A DNA stretch of 64,000 nt, taken from assembly GCA_965216405.1 (NCBI GenBank), contig OZ244161.1:376917-440916 (forward strand), in the 5' to 3' direction. A program made the position numbers and the translations under genes. The notes below the pieces were generated by a model, which had not been told where the DNA came from, did no database searches, and saw nothing but the letters and a program-made list of their open reading frames with translations. Origin of the DNA: an uncultured Micavibrio sp. GTDB taxonomy: Bacteria > Pseudomonadota > Alphaproteobacteria > Micavibrionales > Micavibrionaceae. Of the stretch, positions 9,697 to 19,663 are shown in pieces. Numbering within the stretch: position 1 is the first letter of the stretch; every line of letters starts with the position of its first letter.

Positions 9697-11130
9697 ATGC
9701 CCTTAGACGGACCCGATAAGAATAATCAGCCCCGCACATTATTCCAGAAAATCTGGGATGATCATGTCATTCATACGGATGAAAATGGCACCAGCCTGAT
9801 CTATATCGACCGCCATTTGGTCCATGAAGTGACCTCACCGCAAGCTTTTGAAGGCTTAAGGCTTGCAGGGCGTCCCATTCACAGCATTAATGCCACGCTG
9901 GCCGTCTGTGACCATAACGTCCCGACTACTCCTGACCGCGCCAAAGGGGTCATGGGTGAAGACAGCCGGATACAGGTTGAAACTCTTTCCCGCAATTGTG
10001 AGGAATTCGGCGTGCAACTCTTCGACATGATGGATAAACGGCAGGGCATTGTACATATTATCGGGCCCGAGCAAGGCTTTACCCAGCCCGGCATGACCAT
10101 CGTCTGTGGCGATTCCCATACCTCCACCCATGGAGCCTTTGGGGCGCTGGCCTTCGGGATCGGCACGTCAGAGGTTGAGCATGTCCTTGCCACCCAGACC
10201 TTGATCCAGAAACCGGCCAAGTCCATGCGTATTACCGTAAACGGCACCCTGCCTGACGGGGTGACGGCAAAAGACATGATTCTGGCGATTATCGGAGAAA
10301 TTGGCACTGCCGGCGGCACTGGCTATGTGCTTGAATATGCGGGCGAAGCCGTGCGTAACCTGTCGATGGAAGGACGCATGACCATGTGTAATATGTCGAT
10401 CGAGGGCGGCGCCCGCGCCGGCCTGATTGCCCCGGATGAAACGACCTTCGCCTATCTGAAAGGGCGCCCGATGGCACCATCAGAGGCGGAATGGGATAAA
10501 GCGGTGGCGTACTGGAAAACCCTGCGCAGTGATGACGGCGCGACCTATGATAAGGAAGTGGTATTAAATGCCGAAGATATCGCCCCCACAGTGACATGGG
10601 GTACCACGCCTGAAGATGTTATGCCCATCACTGGCCATGTCCCTGCGCCTGAGGATTTTGACGGCGACGCCAAGCAAAAATCTGTCGCTCGCATGCTTGA
10701 TTATATGGGCTTGGCCGCAGGAACAAAATTAACCGAAATAGAAGTCGACAAAGTTTTCATCGGCTCCTGCACCAATGGCCGTATAGAAGACTTACGCGCC
10801 GTTGCCAAAATCGTGGAAGGCAAAACCATTGCCCCGAATATCAAGCTCGCCATGGTTGTGCCCGGCTCCGGCCTTGTAAAACAGCAGGCGGAAGAGGAAG
10901 GCATTGCCGAAATCCTGATTAATGCGGGCTTTGAATGGCGTGAAGCCGGCTGCTCGATGTGCCTTGCCATGAATCCGGACAAGCTTGAGCCGGGGGAGCG
11001 CTGCGCCTCCACTTCAAACCGTAACTTTGAAGGCCGTCAGGGCCGCGGCGGACGCACACATTTAATGTCCCCTGCCATGGCCGCCGCTGCGGCGATCACA
11101 GGGCACCTTACCGACGTGCGCGAGCTTTAA
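9697..11130 (+). CDS. leuC: 3-isopropylmalate dehydratase large subunit
   Basis: [11 protein letters not shown]...[17 protein letters not shown]...VCDHNVPT...CGDSHT...[12 protein letters not shown] are aconitase-family LeuC motifs. Confidence 0.96.
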   Translation: MPLDGPDKNNQPRTLFQKIWDDHVIHTDENGTSLIYIDRHLVHEVTSPQAFEGLRLAGRPIHSINATLAVCDHNVPTTPDRAKGVMGEDSRIQVETLSRNCEEFGVQLFDMMDKRQGIVHIIGPEQGFTQPGMTIVCGDSHTSTHGAFGALAFGIGTSEVEHVLATQTLIQKPAKSMRITVNGTLPDGVTAKDMILAIIGEIGTAGGTGYVLEYAGEAVRNLSMEGRMTMCNMSIEGGARAGLIAPDETTFAYLKGRPMAPSEAEWDKAVAYWKTLRSDDGATYDKEVVLNAEDIAPTVTWGTTPEDVMPITGHVPAPEDFDGDAKQKSVARMLDYMGLAAGTKLTEIEVDKVFIGSCTNGRIEDLRAVAKIVEGKTIAPNIKLAMVVPGSGLVKQQAEEEGIAEILINAGFEWREAGCSMCLAMNPDKLEPGERCASTSNRNFEGRQGRGGRTHLMSPAMAAAAAITGHLTDVREL

Positions 11131-11148
11131 CTCTCCCCGTAAAAAGGT

Positions 11149-11173
11149 AAAAAAAGCGCCTCCGAAGAGGCGC
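11149..11173 (-). terminator. Rho-independent terminator for the OmpA-like gene
   Basis: GCGCCTC (11156-11162) pairs with GAGGCGC (11167-11173) around a 4 nt loop. The A-run at 11149-11155 gives TTTTTTT on the minus strand. There is no T-run on the plus strand. Confidence 0.8.
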
Positions 11174-11207
11174 AAATTAATTTCAAAGGAGTTTGATAAA
11201 AATTCTT

Positions 11208-11768
11208 TTAGTCCGGTCTTAAAGCAGAGCGGACAGTATGATCTACTGCACAACCTCTTTGGGCTAAACAAGCACGAATTGACGCCTCATCCCCGATAAC
11301 TGCATAAGACGCACGCGCCTCAGGATTATCGCGAATATGTTGCGGGGCCGTACTTTCACCGATGGACGCTATATGAAGAACACTCACACCGCGTTGCTGT
11401 AAAGCTCCAGCCAAAGCCGTTGCCCGTCTTTGCCCCAAACGGATATTATACTCATCGCTAGCGCGCGGATCAGTCTCCCCGATAACAAAAGCGGTAAGCC
11501 TTTCCCCGGGATTTTCTGCTCTGGCCAATGCAATAGCACGGTCAATTGCAGCATAGTGATCCCCATTCATCTGACAACGGTCAGTCTTAAAGAATGTCCG
11601 GACGCCAATAAGATCATCATCCTGCTCAATAGCCACATCAGTACAATGCGTAATAGCAAGCGGCAAGTGACTGGCGCTAGGCCCTTGCTGGGCTTGCGCA
11701 ACACCTGCTGCCACCACGAAAGGAGCAGCAAGTGTTAATCTGGTAATAAATTCAGGTAATTTTAACAT
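11208..11768 (-). CDS. OmpA/MotB-family peptidoglycan-binding domain protein, exported
   Basis: The signal-like N-terminus ends in AAGVAQAQ. FVIGETDPRASDEYNIRLGQRRATALAGALQQRGV matches the OmpA_C pattern (GxTD...YN..L...RA.a....L...G). Confidence 0.75.
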   Translation of the reverse strand: MLKLPEFITRLTLAAPFVVAAGVAQAQQGPSASHLPLAITHCTDVAIEQDDDLIGVRTFFKTDRCQMNGDHYAAIDRAIALARAENPGERLTAFVIGETDPRASDEYNIRLGQRRATALAGALQQRGVSVLHIASIGESTAPQHIRDNPEARASYAVIGDEASIRACLAQRGCAVDHTVRSALRPD

Positions 11769-11806
11769 ATTATTCTCTTAGCCTAAATTTTTGAAAATGA
11801 AAAGTC

Positions 11807-12325
11807 TTATCTTAGACCCTGACCAGGTTGTAAAAGAGGTAAGGAAGGACCTTGGAAAAAACCACAGCTACGAGGTTGCTGATGTGTCAATTCACTAATA
11901 ATGCCATTTGGATTACGCTCTCTATCCCCTAAAGTTGGAATAGAACCACGTGTCACCGTTGTACAATGACGAGCCCATGAACCAGTACATCCTTCCATAG
12001 AAGCTTGTACACCTGTCACATTTTGTCCTCTTGCAGTTACATTATTTGCTGTATGCGCTGCAATACTCCAAAGAACCTGTAATGCATCGTTAAATGATGG
12101 CGATCCTTGGTTGTTAGATATGCGTTTTCCTACAACTTCACCATCAACACATGCTGAAACATAATCTCCACGTCCAAGTGTAATGGAGTCTGTTGCACAA
12201 TCATTGCCGTTTATACAAACTGTAACTGTTGCATCTGCGTTCGCTGCAGTTGGTGTAAAACTGGCTGCTACTGATCCTAAAACTGCTAAGCTTGCTGCTG
12301 CTGCTGTATTTTTAAAAAAGTTCAT
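11807..12325 (-). CDS. hypothetical exported Cys-rich protein
   Basis: MNFFKNTAAAASLAVLGSVAASFTPTAANA looks like a signal peptide. The mature part has 7 Cys. GGAGGG lies upstream of the ATG. Confidence 0.65.
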   Translation of the reverse strand: MNFFKNTAAAASLAVLGSVAASFTPTAANADATVTVCINGNDCATDSITLGRGDYVSACVDGEVVGKRISNNQGSPSFNDALQVLWSIAAHTANNVTARGQNVTGVQASMEGCTGSWARHCTTVTRGSIPTLGDRERNPNGIISELTHQQPRSCGFFQGPSLPLLQPGQGLR

Positions 12326-12615
12326 TGTAATACCCTCCTACGGATTAATACTGGTTTTAAAATAAAATTGCTTATGTAAACTTTGCGCGGACTATCTCAT
12401 GGATTACCATAATCGTCAAAGGTTTTTTTTACTTTTTGTTAACTATTCATATTTTCAAAGAAAATTATTATTCTATATCAATAACTTAAGGTGGAAAAAA
12501 TTTAAAATTTATTATATGACAAGATTATTCTTATACTTGCGCAGTGAAGACAAGAAAATCCTTTTTATGACCAAAAAAGCCTTTAAATGCCAGAGACTCA
12601 TGATTATAAAGCCCT

Positions 12616-13320
12616 ATGCTCAAAACCTCTTTCGGCGATATTGATGAGCTTCTGGAAAGCTATGATGTACAGAATGATCCCGTTCTGATTACCCACTGGC
12701 AGCCTATCGAAAGCCTGTTATGGAAGAAAATTGAGAATTATGGCGGTGAGATCAATGATTATGGTGCCATTATGGGTAAACATTTAATGCGCACCTCTGC
12801 CATTGGGATGCAATATCTTTCCACAGAACTGGGATTTTCCGAAAAAGCCGCCCGTAACTTCTATGATGCCAACCTGCTTCATGATCTGGGAAAAACGCAT
12901 CCTTCTTACGACCCAAATATATGGCAATTGCCACACAGACCCACATCTGAAGAGCGTCTGGAAAAGCGCGAACATACGCAATTAGGTGTCGAACTGGTAG
13001 ATTTATCCTTAACCAAAGCCCCGCCGGAATTACAAAATCATCCGCATATCCATGTTGTGCAGGCCTTACAACGGCTTCACCATGAACGGATAGACGGTGA
13101 AGGCTACGAAGGTATGAAAGCCGGAGAACTGGGGAAGGCCATTCAGGCAATCTGCATTATCGATGCTTTTGACGGTGATATGATCCACCGTCCCCATCAA
13201 CCATCGCGCCGCACCCCGGAAGAAGCCTTAAAAAGAATGCAAACCGGTAAAAAATACGAAGGGGCGTTTGATCCTGAAAACCTGCAGCGTTTTATTGATT
13301 TTCAACTGGCCGCAGGGTAA
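12616..13320 (+). CDS. stand-alone HD-GYP-type phosphohydrolase domain protein (GYP replaced by GYE)
   Basis: LLHDLGKTH ... HTQLGVEL ... [14 protein letters not shown] ... [15 protein letters not shown] follows the HD-GYP pattern (HDxGK ... HHExxDGxGYP ... DxxDA). No receiver or sensor domain is present. Confidence 0.75.
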   Translation: MLKTSFGDIDELLESYDVQNDPVLITHWQPIESLLWKKIENYGGEINDYGAIMGKHLMRTSAIGMQYLSTELGFSEKAARNFYDANLLHDLGKTHPSYDPNIWQLPHRPTSEERLEKREHTQLGVELVDLSLTKAPPELQNHPHIHVVQALQRLHHERIDGEGYEGMKAGELGKAIQAICIIDAFDGDMIHRPHQPSRRTPEEALKRMQTGKKYEGAFDPENLQRFIDFQLAAG

Positions 13321-13328
13321 AACACTTC

Positions 13329-13943
13329 ATGGAAAAATTCACAACATTGACGGGCGTAGCGGCCCCCTTGCGGATGATTAATGTCGATACAGACATTATT
13401 ATCCCGAAGCAGTTCTTAAAAACCGTAAAACGCACGGGGCTTGGCGTTCATGCTTTTCATGATATCCGTTATAACGAAGATGGCAGCGATAAAGCTGACT
13501 TTGTGATGAACCAACCGGAATACCGGAATGCCAGCATCCTTATCACCGGCGACAATTTTGGCTGCGGCTCCTCACGCGAACATGCCCCATGGGCCATTCT
13601 GGATATGGGGATCCGCTGCATCATCGCCCCCAGCTTCGCCGACATCTTCTACAACAACAGTTTTAAAAACGGCATTTTGCCAATTGCCTTGCCCAAGGAA
13701 CAGGTAGAGCAACTGATGGAAGAAGCCGAAAGCAACCCTGACGCCCCTTTAGAAATTGATCTGGAAAAGCAGACAATTAAACGCGGTAATAAATTCAGCT
13801 TTGATTTCGATATCGATTCTTTTCGTAAGCATTGCCTGCTGAACGGGCTGGACGATATCGGCCTGACCCTAGAGAAAAAAGCACATATCTCCACTTTTGA
13901 GAAAAAGGACAAAGAAAAGCGCAGCTGGTTATACACATCCTAA
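13329..13943 (+). CDS. leuD: 3-isopropylmalate dehydratase small subunit
   Basis: [31 protein letters not shown]...[16 protein letters not shown] are LeuD hallmarks. Confidence 0.95.
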   Translation: MEKFTTLTGVAAPLRMINVDTDIIIPKQFLKTVKRTGLGVHAFHDIRYNEDGSDKADFVMNQPEYRNASILITGDNFGCGSSREHAPWAILDMGIRCIIAPSFADIFYNNSFKNGILPIALPKEQVEQLMEEAESNPDAPLEIDLEKQTIKRGNKFSFDFDIDSFRKHCLLNGLDDIGLTLEKKAHISTFEKKDKEKRSWLYTS

Positions 13944-13960
13944 GATAGATTAAGACCCGT

Positions 13961-15205
13961 ATGCGATTATCAAACAAAGACCTGTATAAAAACCATTGGT
14001 TGCTACTGCTGACCGGATTCATGCTGGTGTTTTTCAGTGGTTTTGGCCAAACCGTGTTTATCGGGGTGCACATTCCTTTTATCCGCGAAAGCTTCAACCT
14101 CTCCCATACACAACTAAGCGGCTTATATAGTGCAGCCACTTTGTTAAGCGGCATCCTTCTGTTCTTCAGCGGGAAATTTTTAGATAAAATTGCGCCCCGC
14201 TATTTTGTTGCCATTACTTTAACAGGGCTGGCGATGGGAGCATTTCTTTTATCTTGGAGTACTGTGCCCGGCGTCCTTCTCATCGCCTTTTTCCTCATAA
14301 GACAATTCGGACAAGGACTCATGACCTTAACCAACAGTGTGTCCATGAACCGCTATCTGGAAAATGCACGGGGCCGTGCTATGGCTCTCACCAGTTTCGG
14401 CATGCCGGTGCAATTGCTTGTCTTCCCTTTCATGGCCGCGATTTTGATTGAACAGATGGGATGGGAAAGCGCCTATCGCTTATATGGATATTTTATTCTT
14501 TTTATTTTGTTACCGATGTTCTTTCTGTTATTCCGCCATCATGATCGTACCGTTCATGCGGCCTGGAAAAAAACAGTCGATGAGGAAGAAAGTGCGGCGA
14601 TCGAAAACCCCATCAAGCAATGGACGCGTCTGGCTGTTTTAAAAGACTGGCGTCTTTATATTCTTTTGATGGTGATGATTGTTGATCCGTGTTTTTCAAC
14701 GGCGATTTTTTATTATCAGGGGGAATTATCTTTAAGCAAAGGCCTTGAAGCCACAGATATAGTCTCCGCCTTCCCCTTTTTCACTATCGCTTCGGTTTGC
14801 ACCATGTACATCGCCGGTAGTCTCCTAGACAGGTTTGGAGAAAAATACCTCCTCATCTGTGCCCCGCTTTTTTACATTGCCGGTTTGTCCTGCCTAATCT
14901 TTATCGATGGAATGGCCTCACTCTATTCCGGGTTGATTGCTTTTGGCATCTCAATGGGCACGATGAGCGTTCTTGGCGGCCCTTTACTTGCCCATTTATA
15001 TGGAACCAAACATTTAAGCAGCATTAAATCCATTTTATCGTCGGTTTTTATCGTCGGAACCGCCATTTCTCCGCTTTTGGTAGGCTATAGCCTCGATCAA
15101 GGCGTTGCCATTACGCAAATCCTTATGATTTTTGCGGTATATGCTTTTCTTGCATGGTTGATTATGATTATATTTTTACGCAATCATTTGAACCAATATA
15201 ATTAA
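13961..15205 (+). CDS. MFS-type transporter
   Basis: 414 aa with about 12 hydrophobic segments. The split 6+6 layout with a central charged loop (HHDRTVHAAWKKTVDEEE) is typical of the major facilitator superfamily. Substrate unknown. Confidence 0.75.
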   Translation: MRLSNKDLYKNHWLLLLTGFMLVFFSGFGQTVFIGVHIPFIRESFNLSHTQLSGLYSAATLLSGILLFFSGKFLDKIAPRYFVAITLTGLAMGAFLLSWSTVPGVLLIAFFLIRQFGQGLMTLTNSVSMNRYLENARGRAMALTSFGMPVQLLVFPFMAAILIEQMGWESAYRLYGYFILFILLPMFFLLFRHHDRTVHAAWKKTVDEEESAAIENPIKQWTRLAVLKDWRLYILLMVMIVDPCFSTAIFYYQGELSLSKGLEATDIVSAFPFFTIASVCTMYIAGSLLDRFGEKYLLICAPLFYIAGLSCLIFIDGMASLYSGLIAFGISMGTMSVLGGPLLAHLYGTKHLSSIKSILSSVFIVGTAISPLLVGYSLDQGVAITQILMIFAVYAFLAWLIMIIFLRNHLNQYN

Positions 15206-15241
15206 ATTAACCCTTATCAATAAGAGTAAACGGAACCTTTC

Positions 15242-16348
15242 ATGACGCAGTATACCCTGACAATTCTTCCCGGTGACGGCATTGGCCCTGAAGCCATGAC
15301 CGAAGTACGCAAAGTCATTGACTGGTTGCAGACCGAAGAAGGGTTATCTTTTACCCTGCATGAGGACGATATCGGCGGCGCGGCCTATGACCGGTATGGT
15401 GTGCCTCTGGCAGATGAGACGCTTGCAAAATGTCAAAGTAGCGATGCGGTCATTATGGGATCAGTGGGCGGTCCGCAATGGGACAGTGTTGATTATGACA
15501 AGCGTCCTGAGGCCGGCCTCTTACGGTTACGCAAGGAAATGCAGCTTTTTGCCAATTTACGCCCTGCGCTTGTCTTTAACGCCCTCATCGATGCCTCCAC
15601 CTTGAAAGCAGATGTTATTCGCGGACTTGATATCTTAATAGTGCGGGAGCTAACCGGGGGCGTATATTTCGGCGAACCCCGCGGCATTGAAGATTTGGGC
15701 AATGGTCAACGCCGCGGCGTTAATACCCAAGTTTATGAAACTTATGAAATTGAACGTGTCGGCCGCGTGGCCTTTGACCTTGCCCGTAAGCGCAATAATA
15801 AAGTCACGTCATGTGAAAAAGCCAATGTCATGGAAAGCGGCAAATTGTGGCGGGAGGAAATCACGAAAATCCATCAGGCGGATTACAATGATGTTACCCT
15901 TGAACATATGTATGCCGATAATGCCGCCATGCAGCTTTTGCGCAAACCATCACAATTTGACGTTATTGTAACTGACAACCTGTTTGGCGACCTGCTGTCT
16001 GATGCGGCGGCAATGCTTACCGGGTCTTTGGGCATGCTCCCCTCCGCCTCGTTGGGAGACTCTGGAAAACCTGGCCTCTATGAGCCTGTTCACGGCTCCG
16101 CGCCTGATATTGCCGGCCAAGGCAAAGCCAATCCTCTGGCAACTATTTTGAGCTTCGCAATGGCGTTACGTTACTCATTGGATTGCGGTGAGCAGGCCGA
16201 TGCGATTGAAAGAGCCGTCGAACAAGTTTTAGAAAACGGTATCCGCACCCCTGATATTATGGCCGAGGGCTGCACCGAGGTTTCGACAACCTCCATGGGG
16301 GATGCCCTTATTGAAACATTACAACAAAGAAAGGCACAAGCGGCATGA
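15242..16348 (+). CDS. leuB: 3-isopropylmalate dehydrogenase
   Basis: [10 protein letters not shown]...[13 protein letters not shown]...[13 protein letters not shown]...NLFGDLLSD...GSAPDIAG are LeuB motifs. Confidence 0.96.
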   Translation: MTQYTLTILPGDGIGPEAMTEVRKVIDWLQTEEGLSFTLHEDDIGGAAYDRYGVPLADETLAKCQSSDAVIMGSVGGPQWDSVDYDKRPEAGLLRLRKEMQLFANLRPALVFNALIDASTLKADVIRGLDILIVRELTGGVYFGEPRGIEDLGNGQRRGVNTQVYETYEIERVGRVAFDLARKRNNKVTSCEKANVMESGKLWREEITKIHQADYNDVTLEHMYADNAAMQLLRKPSQFDVIVTDNLFGDLLSDAAAMLTGSLGMLPSASLGDSGKPGLYEPVHGSAPDIAGQGKANPLATILSFAMALRYSLDCGEQADAIERAVEQVLENGIRTPDIMAEGCTEVSTTSMGDALIETLQQRKAQAA

Positions 16349-16854
16349 TTGCTTCACTACTTCTTGCATTGTACTTAATGGGCGGCATCGACACGGATAG
16401 TGTTGTTGCTCTTCTTTTTATCTCCGGCGCCTTGTTGATCGGCGCTGAAATCTTTCTGGGAACCTTTGGTTTTGCTGCCGTCAACGGCTTTGTCGCCATT
16501 TATGTTGGTAATTCTATTAAAAGCGGCGAAGTCATGTTCCTCGGCCTTGGAATTGATTGGGGCCTGTTTTTTGGTATTGCTGCCTTTGAGCTGTTTTTAG
16601 TCGCCGCCATGTTTGGCGCTTATATCCGGCAAAGAGGCAAACCCGCGACCACCGGGCCGGAAAGCATGATTGGAAAAATGGCGCGCATCGAAGAATGGTA
16701 CGGCACAACAGGCCGCGTCATCATCCACGGAGAATCATGGAAAGCACAATGCCCTATACCCCAGGAATTGAGTAAAAAAGACAAGGTCAAAATTGAGTCT
16801 GTCGGTGACTTAATTCTGACCATCGAACCCATTTATGAAGAAAAGGATCATTAA
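16345..16854 (+). CDS. NfeD-family membrane protein
   Basis: Hydrophobic N-terminal half plus a C-terminal OB-like segment ([13 protein letters not shown]...[15 protein letters not shown]). Lies immediately upstream of an SPFH gene, the classic NfeD-stomatin pairing. ATGA overlap with leuB. Confidence 0.8.
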   Translation: MIASLLLALYLMGGIDTDSVVALLFISGALLIGAEIFLGTFGFAAVNGFVAIYVGNSIKSGEVMFLGLGIDWGLFFGIAAFELFLVAAMFGAYIRQRGKPATTGPESMIGKMARIEEWYGTTGRVIIHGESWKAQCPIPQELSKKDKVKIESVGDLILTIEPIYEEKDH

Positions 16855-16855
16855 C

Positions 16856-17593
16856 ATGCAGTTTATCGGAATTCTCATTATCTTATTTTTACTTTATGCT
16901 GCTGGCTCAGTACGCATTATCCGCGAATATGATCGTGGAGTGGTTTATACGCTGGGTAAATTTACTGGTATGCGTTCGCCTGGCTTGAACTTTGTGTGGC
17001 TCTTTTTACAACAAATGGTCATTGTTGATATGCGTATCCGTACAGAAGATATTCCTTCACAAGATGTAATTTCCAAAGATAACGTATCGGTAAAGGTAAA
17101 TGCCGTCGTCTATTACCGTGTGGTGGACCCTGCCTACGCCATCAACCGCGTCGAAAATTTTGGTCAGGCCACCAGCCAATTAGCACAGACAACTTTGCGT
17201 TCCGTTTTAGGAAAACATGAACTGGATGATATGCTTTCAAAGCGCGATCAATTAAATAGCGATGTGCAGGAAATACTGGACAGCCAGACGGAAGGATGGG
17301 GTATTAAAATTGCCAATGTTGAAATCAAGCATGTTGATATTGACCCGACAATGGTGCGCGCGATCGCAAAACAAGCCGAAGCTGAGCGTGAACGGCGCGC
17401 CAAAATCATTAATGCGGAAGGAGAATTACAGGCCGCGCAACAATTGGATGAAGCTGCCACCATATTGGCAAAACGTCCTGAAACCATGCAACTGCGTTAT
17501 TTAGGCACATTGGGAGAATTTGTGAATGCGAAAGGTTCCACCACTGTCCTCCCAATCCCAATGGATTTACTTCAAGCCATCGTAAAAAAATAA
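16856..17593 (+). CDS. SPFH/band 7 (stomatin-like) protein
   Basis: IIREYDRGVVYTLGKF...GLNFV...DVISKDNVSVKVNAVVYYRVVDP...EAERERRAKIINAEGE is the stomatin/prohibitin pattern. The ATG at 16856 has AAGGA 8 nt upstream. An alternative in-frame ATG lies at 16835. Confidence 0.88.
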   Translation: MQFIGILIILFLLYAAGSVRIIREYDRGVVYTLGKFTGMRSPGLNFVWLFLQQMVIVDMRIRTEDIPSQDVISKDNVSVKVNAVVYYRVVDPAYAINRVENFGQATSQLAQTTLRSVLGKHELDDMLSKRDQLNSDVQEILDSQTEGWGIKIANVEIKHVDIDPTMVRAIAKQAEAERERRAKIINAEGELQAAQQLDEAATILAKRPETMQLRYLGTLGEFVNAKGSTTVLPIPMDLLQAIVKK

Positions 17594-17627
17594 CATCTTT
17601 CCTTATATAAAATAGAGATACAAAAAA

Positions 17628-17652
17628 AGGCCTCGCAATTGAGGCCTTTTTT
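17628..17652. terminator. bidirectional Rho-independent terminator between the convergent SPFH and pilin genes
   Basis: AGGCCTC (17628-17634) pairs with GAGGCCT (17641-17647) across a 6 nt loop. An A-run lies upstream and a T-run downstream. Confidence 0.85.
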
Positions 17653-17674
17653 ATTGAATATGGTTTGGGCTAAA

Positions 17675-18445
17675 TTAGCCTTGTACTCTTACATAAAGGG
17701 CACAACGTGCGGCTCCTGCTGCTGCTTCGTTATAAGCCGTACCAACGATACATTGTACCGTTCTGGCAGGCTGAACATTACCGGTTGTCGGCACGCCATC
17801 ATCCAGTTTGAAATCAATCTGACTGGCCTGTGTTGGCGTTAAATACGCAGCATTTGCGTTAGTAACGGAAGTGGCGGCTGAAGAAGCAAGTGACAAATAA
17901 TGTCCTGCTCTCAACGTGCCATTAGGAAGACCGCCATCTGCGTTACCGTTAATGGTATAGCCCACTCTAAAGTGTCCGTTTGTACCAATTTCAGTTGCTA
18001 ACAGGTCGTCACCCACAATTAAAGGGGAGTTACCGTTTGGTGCCACGGCACGGTTTGGATCCACACCGGAAATCAGGTCACCGGCGGCCAAATGAAGAAA
18101 TGCTTTATATTCTTCAATACCACCAGCCATATTACGTCCCAAGTTACCGGTCCTGATCTGCCCATCGCCGTTGGAGTTTGTTGCACAGTTCCCTGTACAT
18201 CCTCTCAATCGGTTACCTGAGTTGTTCATATCACCCGGCAAAGCGTTATACTTATCAACAAATGTCGACATCGCCCCGTCAAGAGATTTAATCTGTGCCA
18301 CTGTTGCCGTAACACGCGCGTTGGCTACCAATTCTTGACCTTTTAGAATACCGCCAATCAGCAATCCAATAATAATCATCACAATAGCCAATTCGACCAG
18401 TGTAAAACCAGCCTGACTATCTTTAGATTTTCTTAAACATTTCAT
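17675..18445 (-). CDS. pilA: type IV pilin (prepilin with class III signal peptide)
   Basis: MKCLRKSKDSQAG/FTLVELAIVMIIIGLLIGGIL has the Gly-Phe cleavage site, Glu5 and the hydrophobic alpha-1 helix. AGGAG lies 7 nt upstream of the ATG at 18445. The track start at 18460 is less likely. Confidence 0.85.
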   Translation of the reverse strand: MKCLRKSKDSQAGFTLVELAIVMIIIGLLIGGILKGQELVANARVTATVAQIKSLDGAMSTFVDKYNALPGDMNNSGNRLRGCTGNCATNSNGDGQIRTGNLGRNMAGGIEEYKAFLHLAAGDLISGVDPNRAVAPNGNSPLIVGDDLLATEIGTNGHFRVGYTINGNADGGLPNGTLRAGHYLSLASSAATSVTNANAAYLTPTQASQIDFKLDDGVPTTGNVQPARTVQCIVGTAYNEAAAGAARCALYVRVQG

Positions 18446-18510
18446 AGTTTTCTCCTTCAAAATTAACTTTCTAATATATTACCCAAGATTTAAACATCTT
18501 CATACAAGCA

Positions 18511-18565
18511 TTTATACATCACTCGCACTCTACCCAACTATAATATCAAGTAAAAGGTTAACAAA
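18511..18565 (-). promoter_or_regulatory. pilin upstream element: TTTGTTAACCTTTT - TGATA - TGGGTA - N14 - TATAAA (read on the minus strand)
   Basis: The 14-mer at 18552-18565 is identical to one upstream of pilB (34356-34369). The same ordered sub-motifs follow it. TATAAA lies at 18511-18516, 66 nt upstream of the pilin ATG. Its function is inferred. Confidence 0.4.
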
Positions 18566-18614
18566 ACTAACTAAAAAGAGCTTTTATACACCCATAATGA
18601 CAAAATGAGAGGCG

Positions 18615-19661
18615 CTACTTTACAGAGGTACGGTACTCAGAAGGAGTGACCCCTGCTATATCCTTAAACACACGGTTAAAAGTGGCCATAGAATTAAATC
18701 CTGCTTCATCTGCCACGGTACCTGTATCCGCATCTGTCTGCCTTAACAGCATCTTCGCATCTTCAACCCGATACTCATTCAAGAGTTGCGGCACACTTTT
18801 TACAAAATAAATGTTAACAATTTTTGAAAGCAGGGATTCGGTAATTTCCAATTCTCTGGCAAGGTCGGAACGACCATAACTCGGCTCCTGGTAAACCTTT
18901 TCAAGATGTAAAAGGTTTTCGATTTTCATAGCATAATCGATTTCAAGATCAGATAGGCTTTCGGTCGGCTTTTTTCCTTTTGTATGGGTAAGCATAAGAG
19001 CCTGCGGATAAAGACGAAACAGACTGGTTGAGGCAATATAAGTAAAGGAGATCCCTAACATCGTGCGAATAAAATCGGCGTCTGCCAAAGTTAAACTGCC
19101 ATTAATAAAGAAAAGACTGATAGAGAGCATTCCCACATTTAAAATTACAAGACTGATAATAAGCCAGAAACGCTCCTTACCGTTTTTATGATTATATATA
19201 TTGTCCAGCCAGGCCCGGTGAGTCCAGATAGTTAAAAGGCTGATGCCCCCGACCACAACTCCTGTCACATGCAGCCAGGTTTCAAATTCTCCAAAAAAAC
19301 TGTCCATACTCAGCGATATTGCATAAGCCATCGGCACAAGAAGCAAAATATTCCAATAAGAATACGCCGGAACTTTGGTAATTCTTGCAATCTGTAAGAC
19401 CAAGAGCGCACTGATCGGAACGCAGGTCGTCCAAAAGAGCCAGACCAAATCTGTATAATAAGGAACCAGAGGCTCCCAGTAGCGCCGCGCTAAATTAAGC
19501 AGAAAAGCGAGAGCTAAAAAAGAAAAGAAAAGAATAGGCAAAATCGACTTTGCCACGTTTTCGATTCTGGAAGCCATATACACAAGAGTAAAAAGACACT
19601 GCGCCAGCCCCAGTAATGCTAACAACTCGTGAAGATTAAACTGTAACACGTCAGAGGGCAT
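18615..19661 (-). CDS. AraC/XylS-family transcriptional regulator with an N-terminal polytopic membrane domain
   Basis: The C-terminal roughly 100 aa (SDLARELEITESLLSKIV...EAGFNSMATFNRVFKDIAGVTPSEYR) is an AraC HTH. The first roughly 230 aa contain several (about 6-7 by eye) hydrophobic segments. Confidence 0.8.
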   Translation of the reverse strand: MPSDVLQFNLHELLALLGLAQCLFTLVYMASRIENVAKSILPILFFSFLALAFLLNLARRYWEPLVPYYTDLVWLFWTTCVPISALLVLQIARITKVPAYSYWNILLLVPMAYAISLSMDSFFGEFETWLHVTGVVVGGISLLTIWTHRAWLDNIYNHKNGKERFWLIISLVILNVGMLSISLFFINGSLTLADADFIRTMLGISFTYIASTSLFRLYPQALMLTHTKGKKPTESLSDLEIDYAMKIENLLHLEKVYQEPSYGRSDLARELEITESLLSKIVNIYFVKSVPQLLNEYRVEDAKMLLRQTDADTGTVADEAGFNSMATFNRVFKDIAGVTPSEYRTSVK

Positions 19662-19663
19662 GG

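Noticed and set aside
12399-12644. 81 aa ORF in the AT-rich spacer upstream of the HD-GYP gene
   Set aside because: The composition (Phe/Tyr/Lys/Asn/Ile-rich) simply mirrors AT-rich intergenic DNA. It overlaps the HD-GYP start, and I see no RBS.
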